This document shows, piece by piece, positions 10,081-21,825 of a DNA stretch of 64,000 nt. This DNA comes from an uncultured delta proteobacterium (GTDB taxonomy: Bacteria > Myxococcota_A > Polyangia > Palsa-1104). Where the stretch lies: assembly GCA_963785725.1 (NCBI GenBank), contig CAWAWS010000007.1, positions 128,001 through 192,000 on the forward strand, given 5' to 3'. Each line of letters begins with the position of its first letter. The stretch's first letter is position 1. A program made the translations under genes and the position numbers. The notes below the pieces were generated by a model, which saw nothing but the letters and a program-made list of their open reading frames with translations, ran no database searches and was not told the origin of the DNA.

Positions 10081-10980
10081 TCAAACCTGGCCCAGGCACT
10101 CGCCGAGCGACGTGTAGCATTCGCCGTCGACGCAGTAGTTGCCGTCGCAGTCGCCGTCGCTCGAGCAGCTGCGCAAGCCGCACAGTCCGCTGGCGCAGTA
10201 GAAGCCGGCCGGGCAGCCGCCGTCACCGCTGCAGGCGATCTGGTCGCAGTGGCCGCCGCTGTCGCAGACGAGGCCGGCGCCGCATTGCGCGTCGCTCGTG
10301 CAGCGGCTCGTGCATTGGTTGCCGCCGCAGCAGGCGACGTAGCTGCAGACCTCGTTTTGGCTGCAGTCGTGGTCGCTGCTGCAGCCGTCCGCGCTGCAGT
10401 TGATGCAGCCGGTCGGCTCGCCGCCCGGCGCTTCGCAGATGCCGTTGGTGCAGTCGCTGTTGTCGCGGCAGCCTGATCCCGGGCAGCCGCTGGTGACAGG
10501 GCAGGCGGGTGCGTTGTCGCTCGGGCCGAGGCAGGTGATGAACGTCTGCGCGCCGCTGCAGTCGGTGGCGCCGCAATACCAAGGGAGACAGCCGATCGCC
10601 TTTTCGTTGGCGATGCAGCTCGCCTCGTCGAGGCCGGCGCAGTTGCAGAGGTGGATCGGCACTTTGGCGGGGCAGGCGAAGCCACCGCTGCCGGCGTCGG
10701 AGCAGCCGACGAAGCTGTTGAAGCTGTTGCCGCAGCTTTCGTCCTCGCAGTAGTCGGCGCGACAGGCGGGATCGCCGTTGCAGCTGGCTTGGTCGCGGCC
10801 GCTGCAGCTGCCGTTGTCTCCGCCGCCGCCGCCGTTGCCGCCGCCGCCGCCGTTGCCGCCGCCAGCGCCGTGACCGCCGCCGCTGCCGGCGTTGCCGCCG
10901 CCGCCGCCGGTATCGCCGAGCGGACGACCGGTGCAGCCGACCGCGAAAACCAAGCTAAGGATGACGATCGATCGAGACAT
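10081..10980 (-). CDS. Cys-rich lipoprotein with Gly-rich linker (paralog B)
   Basis: VFAVG-C lipobox; shares CRAD(F/Y)C, GLDEASCIA, GCRDN(A/S)DC and CVDGxCY blocks with 9035..9859. Confidence 0.85.
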   Translation of the reverse strand: MSRSIVILSLVFAVGCTGRPLGDTGGGGGNAGSGGGHGAGGGNGGGGGNGGGGGDNGSCSGRDQASCNGDPACRADYCEDESCGNSFNSFVGCSDAGSGGFACPAKVPIHLCNCAGLDEASCIANEKAIGCLPWYCGATDCSGAQTFITCLGPSDNAPACPVTSGCPGSGCRDNSDCTNGICEAPGGEPTGCINCSADGCSSDHDCSQNEVCSYVACCGGNQCTSRCTSDAQCGAGLVCDSGGHCDQIACSGDGGCPAGFYCASGLCGLRSCSSDGDCDGNYCVDGECYTSLGECLGQV

Positions 10981-10992
10981 GACACCGCTGAA

Positions 10993-11008
10993 AGCACGCA
11001 TCATGCCC
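10993..11008 (-). promoter_or_regulatory. Putative sigma54 promoter
   Basis: GGGCATGATGCGTGCT; the GC lies 13 nt before the ATG, the same geometry as 9872..9887. Confidence 0.6.
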
Positions 11009-11084
11009 GCGCAAGTCGTCGATAAGACGTCGTCGACCCTCAGAATTCTGCGGCGCGCCGGCGGAAAGTCGTGCCCGACGCGGG

Positions 11085-12173
11085 TTACGCGAGCGCCGAC
11101 TTGAGCGCGTCGAGCAGCCAGCCGTTCTCTTCCGGCGTGCCGACGGTGATGCGCATGCAGCCGGCGAGCAGCCCGGCGTCGAAGAGGCGCACGAGCACGC
11201 CCCGTTCGATGAGCGCGTCGTGCAGCTTGCGCGCCGCGCCGACGCCGTTGGCGCGGACGAGGATGAAGTTGCCGCCCGACGGAAACGTCTCCACGCCCGG
11301 CATCGTCGCGATGGCCGCGCTCAGCCGCTGCCGCTCGCTCTTGACCTCCGCGAAGTGCGCTTCGACTTCGGCCGCGTGGTCGCTCAACAGCTTGTGCGCC
11401 GCGCGCTGCGACAGCGAATTCAGGTTGTACGGCGGGCGAATCTTCTCGACGGCCGCCAACACTTCGGCGCGCCCGATCAACAGGCCGATGCGCAGCGCCG
11501 CCAGCCCAATCTTCGACAGCGTCTGCAAGACCACGCAGTGCGGATGCTGCAGCGCCAAGTCGACGCAGGTCGGCTGATCGCCGTAAGCCAAGTAGGCTTC
11601 GTCGACGACGGTGATGACGTCGGGATGCAGCGTCAGCAGCTTCTCCACCGTCGAGCGCGGCCACACCGTTCCCGTCGGATTGTTCGGCGTCGCCAAGAAC
11701 ACGAGGTTCGGCTGGTCCTCGTTCACCGCCGCCAAGAGCGCCGCTTCGTCGGGCTGAAACTGCGGCCCCAGCGGCACTTCGATCGGCGTAAGCCCATTGG
11801 CCAGCGCCGCCGTCCGAAACACGACGAACCCCGGCACGGCATACGCGATCGACGCCGGCTTTCCGTCGCCACGCGGCTCGGCGAACGTCGCGCACAAAAG
11901 CGCGATGAGCTCGTCCGAGCCGTTGCCGAGCAGCAGCTGATCGAGCGAAACGCCGAGCCGCTTGGCCAGCAACGTGCGCAGCTGCTTGGCGCTGGCGTCG
12001 GGATAGCGGTGCAGCTCCGTCGCCGCCAGGTCGCGCCCGAGCGCCTCCATCGTCGCCCGCGACAGCGGATAGGGCGATTCGTTGGCGTCGAGCTTGATGG
12101 CATTGGGATGCGCCGCCACTTGGTACGCCGCGGTACCACGCAGCGGTTTGCGTACGCGATCCTGCCAGCTCAT
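11085..12173 (-). CDS. hisC: Histidinol-phosphate aminotransferase
   Basis: KLDANESPY, YPD, GNGSDE, PNNPTG, DEAY, TLSKIGLAALRIG; coupled to hisD. Confidence 0.93.
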   Translation of the reverse strand: MSWQDRVRKPLRGTAAYQVAAHPNAIKLDANESPYPLSRATMEALGRDLAATELHRYPDASAKQLRTLLAKRLGVSLDQLLLGNGSDELIALLCATFAEPRGDGKPASIAYAVPGFVVFRTAALANGLTPIEVPLGPQFQPDEAALLAAVNEDQPNLVFLATPNNPTGTVWPRSTVEKLLTLHPDVITVVDEAYLAYGDQPTCVDLALQHPHCVVLQTLSKIGLAALRIGLLIGRAEVLAAVEKIRPPYNLNSLSQRAAHKLLSDHAAEVEAHFAEVKSERQRLSAAIATMPGVETFPSGGNFILVRANGVGAARKLHDALIERGVLVRLFDAGLLAGCMRITVGTPEENGWLLDALKSALA

Positions 12174-13441
12174 GGGTGCCTCCGCGTCGTGACCGCGCGA
12201 CCGTGCGCATGCAAGCCCTCGACGTCGGCCAGCCGCACGATGTCGTCGCCGTGCGCCGCCAGCGTCGCCGCGTCCCAGCGCAACAGCGACGTGCGCTTCA
12301 CGAAGTCGTAGACGCCGAGCGGCGACGCATAGCGCGCCGTGCCGCCCGTCGGCAGCACGTGGTTGGGCCCGGCCAAGTAGTCGCCCGCCGCTTCCGGCGT
12401 GTGCGCGCCGACGAAGATCGCGCCCGCGTGCCGCACCTTGCTCGCCGCCGCATCCGCGTCGCGCACCAGCAGCTCGAGATGCTCGGGCGCGTAGCGATCG
12501 GCAAAATCGAGGGCCTCGTCGAGCGAGCCGACCACCAGCGCGACGCCATGGCGGCGGATCGACTCGGCCGCGATCTCCTGCCGCGGCAGCGTCCGCAGCT
12601 GCAGGTCCACTTGCCGCGCCGTCGCTTCCGCGATCTGGTGCGACGTCGTCACCAAGATCGCATAGGCCTCGACGTCGTGCTCCGCCTGCGACAACAGATC
12701 GGCCGCGACGATCGCCGGATCGGCCGCATCGTCGGCGATGACGAGAATCTCCGACGGACCGGCGACGGCGTCGATGTCGACCTGCCCGAACAGCTGCCGC
12801 TTGGCCTCGGCCACCTAGGCGTTGCCCGGCCCGACGATCTTGTCGACGCGCGGCACGCTCTCGGTCCCGTAAGCCAACGCCGCCACCGCCTGCGCGCCGC
12901 CGATGATGAACACGCGATGCACGCCCGCGACCAGCGCCGCATACAGCGTCTCCGGCGACGGGCCCGGCGTCACCATCACGATCTCGTTCACGCCCGCTAG
13001 CTTCGCCGGCACCGCCGTCATCAGCACCGACGACGGATAGCGCGCGCTGCCGCCCGGCACATACAGCCCGACGCGCTCGAGCGGCTGCACGCGCAGCTCC
13101 AGCCGCGCGCCGCCGTCCTCCTGCACGTAGCCGGTCGCGCGCTGGGGCTCGTGAAAGCGCGCAATTCTCGCCGCCGCCCGCTCGATCGCCCGCTGCACGG
13201 CGACGGCGACGGTGCTCGCCTGCGCCTCCCACTCGCCGCGGGGCAGCTCCAGCGCCGTCACCTGCCGCTTTTCGAAGCGCGCCGTCAGCTCGCGCACGGC
13301 CGTGTCGCCGCGCAGGCGTACATCGGCGACGATGTCGCGCACCGACTGCTCCAGCGCCGCCGGCGACAACGACATCCGATCGAGAAGCGCCCGCACGACT
13401 TCGTTGCGCGCGGGGTCGTTCGAGGTCACGATCCGCAGCAT
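12170..13441 (-). CDS. hisD: Histidinol dehydrogenase; in-frame TAG at 12815-12817, probably an artefact
   Basis: YVPGG, GGAQA, GPGNA*VAEAK, AGPSE, QAEHD, APEHL and GPNHVLPT all in one frame. Confidence 0.93.
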
Positions 13442-13471
13442 TCTTGCGTCTATAACACACCTCGTCGTCGG

Positions 13472-13499
13472 TTGACTTTCCGACGGGCGCCAGTATATT
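13472..13499 (+). promoter_or_regulatory. Putative sigma70 promoter of metK
   Basis: TTGACT-N16-TATATT, with an AAGGAG RBS downstream. Confidence 0.55.
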
Positions 13500-13544
13500 T
13501 ACCGTCCCTTACGCGTTAGCGAAATCATCAAGGAGCAACCGCAC

Positions 13545-14813
<1,269 letters not shown>

Positions 14814-14833
14814 GCAGCAGCTGTAACGAATTC

Positions 14834-14876
14834 GAAGGAGCCTCGGCGCGATCGCGTCGGGGCTCTTTCATTTTTT
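14834..14876 (+). terminator. Intrinsic terminator after metK
   Basis: Stem gaaggagcctcggcgcg / cgcgtcggggctctttc followed by a T run. Confidence 0.8.
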
Positions 14877-14906
14877 GCGCGCGCGAAACCGGTTATTGTC
14901 GCGCGC

Positions 14907-15791
14907 ATGAACGTCGCATTCTTGGGCCTCGGCACCATGGGCGCGCCGATGGCCGCCAACATCTTGCGCCGCGGTCACGCGCTCACCGTCTGGAACCGGA
15001 CGTCATCCCGCGCGCGGCCGCTCGTCGACGCCGGCGCGCGCCTGGCGGCGACGCCGGCCGAAGCGGCGCGTGGCGCCGACGTCGTGGTCACGATGCTCGC
15101 CGATCCGAGCGCGCTCGACGCGGTCTTGTACGGCGCGGACGGCGTCGTCGCGGCGCTGGCGGCGAACGCGCTCGTCGTCGACATGTCGACCGTCGATCCG
15201 GCGGCCGCGCACAAAGCCGACGCCGCCGTGCGCGCCGCCGGCGGCCGCTTCGTCGACGCGCCGGTGTCGGGCACGCGCAAACCTGCCACCGACGGCACGT
15301 TGGTCATCATGGCCGGCGGCGCGCCCGCCGACGTCGAGCGCGTGCGGCCGGTCCTCGAGTGCATGGGCCGCGTCGTTGCCGTCGGCGGCGTCGGTCAAGG
15401 CATGGCGATGAAGCTGGTGTTGAACGGCCTCGGCGCGCACATGATGGTCGGCTTCTCGGCGACGCTCGTGCTCGGCAAGAAGCTCGGCCTGCCGGCGCGC
15501 GCGATGCTCGACGTCATCGGCGCGGGCGCGTTCTCGTCGCCGCTGTTCACCGGCAAAGGGCCGCGCATGGTCGCGCGCGACTTCGACGCCGACTTCACGC
15601 TCAAGCTGATGCATAAAGATCAGGAGCTCGTGCTCGGCGCCGCGGCTGCCGTCGATTATCCGATGCCGACCCAAGCGGCCATCCGCGACGTGCTGGCGCA
15701 GGCGATCGCCGCCGGCTTCGGCGACGGCGACTTGAGCAGCGTCATCCGCCTGTTCGAGCAATGGGCCGGCGTCACCGTCAGCGACGGCTGA
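14907..15791 (+). CDS. NAD(P)-dependent beta-hydroxyacid dehydrogenase family protein
   Basis: FLGLGTMG, DAPVSG, KLVLN, KD. Confidence 0.9.
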   Translation: MNVAFLGLGTMGAPMAANILRRGHALTVWNRTSSRARPLVDAGARLAATPAEAARGADVVVTMLADPSALDAVLYGADGVVAALAANALVVDMSTVDPAAAHKADAAVRAAGGRFVDAPVSGTRKPATDGTLVIMAGGAPADVERVRPVLECMGRVVAVGGVGQGMAMKLVLNGLGAHMMVGFSATLVLGKKLGLPARAMLDVIGAGAFSSPLFTGKGPRMVARDFDADFTLKLMHKDQELVLGAAAAVDYPMPTQAAIRDVLAQAIAAGFGDGDLSSVIRLFEQWAGVTVSDG

Positions 15792-15858
15792 TCACGTCAG
15801 AAATTTCGCGTGAGAGACGAGCGGGAAGCGTGCGCGGAATGCCTACGCGCCGTAAGCG

Positions 15859-16611
15859 TTAGTTGCCGGCGACGCAGTGGCTGAGCGGGCCCGTCGCATC
15901 CGGCGTGCACGTGTAGCCGTCGCTGCAGACGTGCTGCGGCGCGCTGCCGCCACACACGACCGCTGCCGGCTGCACCATCTCGCACGCGTGCGCCGCGACG
16001 TTGCACTGCGCGATGCGCGTGTCGACGACGATGTACTTCGGGCAGATCGTCGTCGTCTCGGTGCAGGCGTAGCTGACGTCGTAGGCTTCGGCTTCGCTGG
16101 TGTTGATGGCGACCTTGGCGCCGTTGGGGCAGCAGCCCGCCTGCGGAACCGCCATGCAGTCGCTGTCGACGGCGCAGCTGAAGATGCCGCCGCCGGCGAG
16201 CGAGACCGTGAACGTGGCGCGCGCGTAGAAGTACTCGCGGAACGCGATGTAGTACGTGCCGTTGCTGGCGAGCGGCGCGGTGATGTGCGCGTCGGTCGTC
16301 GTCGCGTCGGCGTCGTCGTTCTTGGCCAAGATGTTGTCCTGGCTGTCGAGCAAGAAGGCGACCGCGTCGCCGTCGTTCGAGCGCACCCAGATGTCGACGT
16401 TGTCGCCGACGGCGCCCGTGAACTGCAGCCAGCCGTAGTCGCCGCGCGTCTTGATCGGCTTGGTCGTCGTACCGTACGTGATCGTCGCGATGTTCGTGCC
16501 CGGCGCTTTGTCGCTCACCAGGCTGAACGTATCGTGCACGGGCGCCTTCGCGGCCTGCTGACAGCCGGCCAGAGTGACGAGTGCGAAGAGCGTGCAGAGC
16601 TTGCGGTCCAT
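15859..16611 (-). CDS. Lipoprotein with PPC-like domain and Cys-rich C-terminus
   Basis: TLAG-C lipobox; NDD...GTYYIAFRE PPC-like motif; CAVDSDC. Confidence 0.82.
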   Translation of the reverse strand: MDRKLCTLFALVTLAGCQQAAKAPVHDTFSLVSDKAPGTNIATITYGTTTKPIKTRGDYGWLQFTGAVGDNVDIWVRSNDGDAVAFLLDSQDNILAKNDDADATTTDAHITAPLASNGTYYIAFREYFYARATFTVSLAGGGIFSCAVDSDCMAVPQAGCCPNGAKVAINTSEAEAYDVSYACTETTTICPKYIVVDTRIAQCNVAAHACEMVQPAAVVCGGSAPQHVCSDGYTCTPDATGPLSHCVAGN

Positions 16612-16678
16612 GATCGTGTCCTACCTTTCGGGTTCGTCCGTTTGACTGCAGTTTGTTGCTGACTTGACGGCCCGCATC

Positions 16679-16694
16679 AGCACGTGTCGTGCCA
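16679..16694 (-). promoter_or_regulatory. Sigma54 -24/-12 promoter
   Basis: TGGCACGACACGTGCT, close to the TGGCAC-N5-TTGC consensus. Confidence 0.68.
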
Positions 16695-16933
16695 CATGTA
16701 GTTTGAACTGATGTCGATAGGTTGCGGATGACGCGACGTGGCGACGGCGGCTTCAGTAGCCGGCTAGCCCTCCGAAATCCGGTGGAAACAGAACTATAGT
16801 GCCGGCGCGGCGTGACCGATCGGAAACGGGCGCTGAGCGCGCACCCTCGCGCGCCGAATTGGCGACAGGAATCAATCAGCTGCGGATGAAAGAGGCGATG
16901 GTGCGGAGGAGGGTGCTGCGGCGGAGCTGAAGG

Positions 16934-18195
<1,262 letters not shown>

Positions 18196-18274
18196 CGGGA
18201 TATCTCCTCATTCGGATACGTTGATGATTGATTCGCACCCGATAAGTACAGCGGAGGCGTGGTAAAGTCAACCG

Positions 18275-19834
18275 ATGCGCGCGCCTTCGTCGATGATCAC
18301 CACCCCTCCGGGATGGCAGGCTCATCGGCTCTGGCACGACCTCGACATCGAGATTCATGACCATCGATTGGGCGTGACGATCGCCTGCGTCTGCCTGGCG
18401 CTCTTGGTGCTCGGGCGCGCGCTCTTGCCGGTCGCCGATCGCTCGCGCGTGCGCTTCGCCGTCTTCTTCGTCAGCGTCTACTTGGTGGCGCTGTTCGTCA
18501 AAGCGGCGCTGCTCAATATCGGACAAGAATCGAGCTATTGGATCGTCCACCTCGTCGCCACGGTGACGCTGGCGTGGGCGGTCGTCGGCGTCAGCGGCAT
18601 GTTGACGTTCGACCTCGTCGGCAGCCGCTTCGGCGTGCCCAAGATCTTGCGCGATCTGTTCGTCACCATCGCCTCGCTCGTGACGCTGGTGATGATCTTG
18701 TCGCGCTCGGGCGTGAATCTCTTGTCGATCATCACGACGTCGGCGGTGTTGACGGCCGTGATCGGCTTGGCGCTGCAAGACACGCTCGGCAACCTCTTGT
18801 CGGGCGTCGCGCTGCAGCTGGAGTCGTCGATCTCGATCGGCGATTGGATCCGCGTCGACGATCGCGCCATCGGCAAGGTGCAGGAGATCCGCTGGCGCTC
18901 GACGGTCGTGCGCACGAAGAACGGCGACCTCGTGATCCTGCCGAACGCCATGTTCACCAAAGGCGTCATCACGCTGTTCAACAAGCAGGGCCTGCAGAAT
19001 CGCCGCTGGGTCTACTTCAACGTGCACCTGCGGCATCCACCCAACCTCGTGCAAGAAGTCGTGAATCAGGCGCTCGTCGGCACGCCCAATCTGTCGACGC
19101 AGACGCCGCACGACTGCATCTTGTGGAGCTTCGAGGAGAGCTACGCGAAGTATGCCGTGCGCTATCGGCTGATCGACTTCTTGCCCGACGATCCGACCGA
19201 TTCCGAAGTGCGCAAGCGTATTTGGTACGCGTTGCATCGCGCCAACATCGAGATCCCGTATCCCGGCCACAACGTGTTCTTGACCGAGATGAGCGCCGAG
19301 CGGGCGCAGGTCAAGAACGAGCACGAGCGCGCGCGACGGTTGGCGCTCTTGGCTCGCGTCGGCATCCTAGCGCCACTGGTCGACGCCGAGCGCGCGCACA
19401 TCGCCGACGGCTTGCGCCACGTCGTCTTCGGCGCCGGCGAGACGATTTTGCGCGCGGGCGACGCCGGCGACTCGCTTTTCATCATCCGCTCGGGCCACGT
19501 TTCGGTGCGCATCTGTGTCGATGACCTGGAGAAAGACGTCGCCACCCTGGCCGAAGGTGAGTTCTTCGGCGAGATGTCGCTTTTGACGGGCGAGCCGCGC
19601 CGCGCGACAGTCGTGGCCAAGAGCGACACCGAATGCTACGTGATCGATCGCGCGCTTTTCCAGCAGCTCCTGCAGCGAAATGCCACTCTGGCAGAGGAGA
19701 TCGGCAAGCTCTTGAGTGAACGCGAGATGAGGAACAAGATCGATCGCGAAGGGCTCTCGGCGGAGGCGGCGCGGGTGCACGCCGACCACCAGGCGTTCTT
19801 GTCGCGCATCAAGAGCTTCTTCGGACTTTCATGA
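18275..19834 (+). CDS. MscS-family mechanosensitive channel with C-terminal cyclic-nucleotide-binding domain
   Basis: IGLALQDTLGN, GDWI, FFGEMSLLTGEPRRATV. Confidence 0.92.
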   Translation: MRAPSSMITTPPGWQAHRLWHDLDIEIHDHRLGVTIACVCLALLVLGRALLPVADRSRVRFAVFFVSVYLVALFVKAALLNIGQESSYWIVHLVATVTLAWAVVGVSGMLTFDLVGSRFGVPKILRDLFVTIASLVTLVMILSRSGVNLLSIITTSAVLTAVIGLALQDTLGNLLSGVALQLESSISIGDWIRVDDRAIGKVQEIRWRSTVVRTKNGDLVILPNAMFTKGVITLFNKQGLQNRRWVYFNVHLRHPPNLVQEVVNQALVGTPNLSTQTPHDCILWSFEESYAKYAVRYRLIDFLPDDPTDSEVRKRIWYALHRANIEIPYPGHNVFLTEMSAERAQVKNEHERARRLALLARVGILAPLVDAERAHIADGLRHVVFGAGETILRAGDAGDSLFIIRSGHVSVRICVDDLEKDVATLAEGEFFGEMSLLTGEPRRATVVAKSDTECYVIDRALFQQLLQRNATLAEEIGKLLSEREMRNKIDREGLSAEAARVHADHQAFLSRIKSFFGLS

Positions 19835-20385
19835 CCAAAGACGACTCACGCATCGTCAAGGACCCAATCTGCGGCAAGGACGTCGACACCTTGCGCGCGC
19901 GTGCCGTCGGCATCTTCGGCGGCGTCACCTATTACTTCTGCTCGGCCGAGTGCAAGGCGAAGTATCAGGATCCGCGCCACGCGCCGCGCGCGAACCCCGA
20001 GCCGGCGCCGTGGGCGGCACCGGCGTCGCCGGCCAAGGTGCTGGTCGCGACCGACTCGCCCAAGCGCAAAGCCGAGAAGGCGGCCGAGAAGGCGCGCGCC
20101 GAGAAGGCCGAGCAAAGCGCGCCAATTCCCAAGATTGCCAAAGGCGACAAGAGCGGGCGCGTGCCCAAGGTCGAGCCGGCGGTGGTCGCGGCCAAGACCG
20201 AAGCGAAGGGCGATCCGTCGCATCGCGTCGTCGACTTCGTGGCCGAGCCGTCGTCGCACTTCGAGCAGGCCGAGGAGCTGACGCCGATTCCCGCGGCGCG
20301 CCGTCGATTTCCACTGCTGGCGCTGCTTTTATTGGCGCTGCTCGTTGCCGGCGGAGTCGTGCTCTTTACACTGAAGCATAAATGA
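19831..20385 (+). CDS. YHS-domain protein with C-terminal membrane anchor
   Basis: KDPICGKDV...YYFCSAEC; low-complexity linker; terminal TM helix. Confidence 0.8.
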   Translation: MTKDDSRIVKDPICGKDVDTLRARAVGIFGGVTYYFCSAECKAKYQDPRHAPRANPEPAPWAAPASPAKVLVATDSPKRKAEKAAEKARAEKAEQSAPIPKIAKGDKSGRVPKVEPAVVAAKTEAKGDPSHRVVDFVAEPSSHFEQAEELTPIPAARRRFPLLALLLLALLVAGGVVLFTLKHK

Positions 20386-21803
20386 ACGATGGCAGCACCA
20401 CACCGCCGCCCGTCGACGCGCTGATCGGCCACACGCTGGCCGACCGCTATCGGCTGACGCGCAAGATCGGCGAAGGCGGCATGGGCGCGGTGTACGAAGC
20501 GCAGCACGTGCTCATCGGCAAGCCGGTCGCGGTCAAGGTGCTGCGCGAGAAGTACGCCGATCGCCCCGAAGTCGCCAAGCGGCTGGTGCAGGAAGCGCGG
20601 CTGGCGTCGTCGATCCGGCACGAGCACATCGTCGACATCACCGACTCGGGCGCGACGGAGGACGGGCGCACCTACGTCGTCATGGAGCACCTCGATGGGC
20701 TGAGCCTGGCCGAGCTGTTGAAACAGCAAGGCGCGCTGCCCGAGACGCGCGTGCTCGAGATGGCGCGGCAGGCGGCGTCGGCGTTGGCGGCGGCGCACGC
20801 GCGCGGCATCGTGCATCGCGACGTCAAGCCGGAGAACATCTTCATCGTCGAGCGCGATCATCGCGACTTCGTCAAGGTGCTCGATTTCGGCATTTCCAAG
20901 TCGGTGGTGCCGGGCGAAGTGACCGAAGAGTCGCTGCGTCTGACGCACACCGGGATGGTCCTGGGCACGCCGCTCTATATGTCGCCCGAGCAAGCGCGCG
21001 GCGAGGACGAGCTCGACCAGCGCATGGACATCTATTCGCTGGGCGTCATTTTGTACGAGTGCCTGACCGGCGAAGTGCCGTTTCATGGCGCGAACTATCT
21101 CGGGGTCATCGCCGAAGTCGTCAAAGCCGAGGTGATGCCGCCGCGCGCGCTGCGTCCCGAGCTGCGGATCTCCGAGCCGATGGAGCGCGTCGTCATGAAG
21201 GCGATGGCCAAGGCGCGCAACGATCGTTATCCGACGATGGACGAGCTCGCCGCCGACTTGGCGCGCGTCGCCGCCGGCACCGCCGTCGAGGCGCCGCAGC
21301 CGCAAGCGCCGGCCAAGGAGCCGCGGCAGCGGACGGGCTTGTGGCTGGCGGCGGTCGGCGTCTTCGCGGGCACGACGCTGTTGTTCGCGCTCGATCGCTT
21401 CAGCCACGCGCCGCCGGCGACGCCGTCGACGGTCATCGCGCCGGCGACGCCGATCGCGCCGCCCGAGCCGACGACGCCGGCGGCGCCGAAGACGATCGTG
21501 CTGCACGTCGAGACCGAGCCGCCGGGCGCCGAGATTCGCCAGGGCGCGCGCGTGTTCGGCGTGGCGCCGCGCGACCTCATCCTGCCGCGCTCCGAAGTGC
21601 CCGAGCGACTGACGTTTCGCCTCGACGGCTACGAAGATGGCGCCACGCAGATCGTGCCGTCGACGGACGATTCGCTGCGGGTGAAGCTGACGCCGCGCGC
21701 ACACAATCATCACGTGCGCCCGGTCACGCGCCCGGTCACGCCGCCGACGACGCAGGATCCGCAGCTCGTGCAGCCTAGCGAGACGCTGCCCAACCCGTAC
21801 TGA
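20382..21803 (+). CDS. Membrane Ser/Thr kinase with PEGA-like extracytoplasmic domain
   Basis: IGEGGMGAVY, VAVK, HRDVKPEN, DFG, GTPLYMSPE, TM segment, TEPPGAEI. Confidence 0.93.
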   Translation: MNDGSTTPPPVDALIGHTLADRYRLTRKIGEGGMGAVYEAQHVLIGKPVAVKVLREKYADRPEVAKRLVQEARLASSIRHEHIVDITDSGATEDGRTYVVMEHLDGLSLAELLKQQGALPETRVLEMARQAASALAAAHARGIVHRDVKPENIFIVERDHRDFVKVLDFGISKSVVPGEVTEESLRLTHTGMVLGTPLYMSPEQARGEDELDQRMDIYSLGVILYECLTGEVPFHGANYLGVIAEVVKAEVMPPRALRPELRISEPMERVVMKAMAKARNDRYPTMDELAADLARVAAGTAVEAPQPQAPAKEPRQRTGLWLAAVGVFAGTTLLFALDRFSHAPPATPSTVIAPATPIAPPEPTTPAAPKTIVLHVETEPPGAEIRQGARVFGVAPRDLILPRSEVPERLTFRLDGYEDGATQIVPSTDDSLRVKLTPRAHNHHVRPVTRPVTPPTTQDPQLVQPSETLPNPY

Positions 21804-21825
21804 TTTCGCGCTACAGTAGGCGCAC

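Noticed and set aside
12815..12817. Amber reassignment or pyrrolysine in hisD
   Set aside because: TAG serves as a normal stop elsewhere (23529, 25373, 37358, 52715, 61256), and no pyl genes are in the window.
18196..18275. SAH or SAM riboswitch upstream of ahcY (and metK)
   Set aside because: The leaders are short and I could not find the conserved cores by eye; an Rfam scan would settle it.
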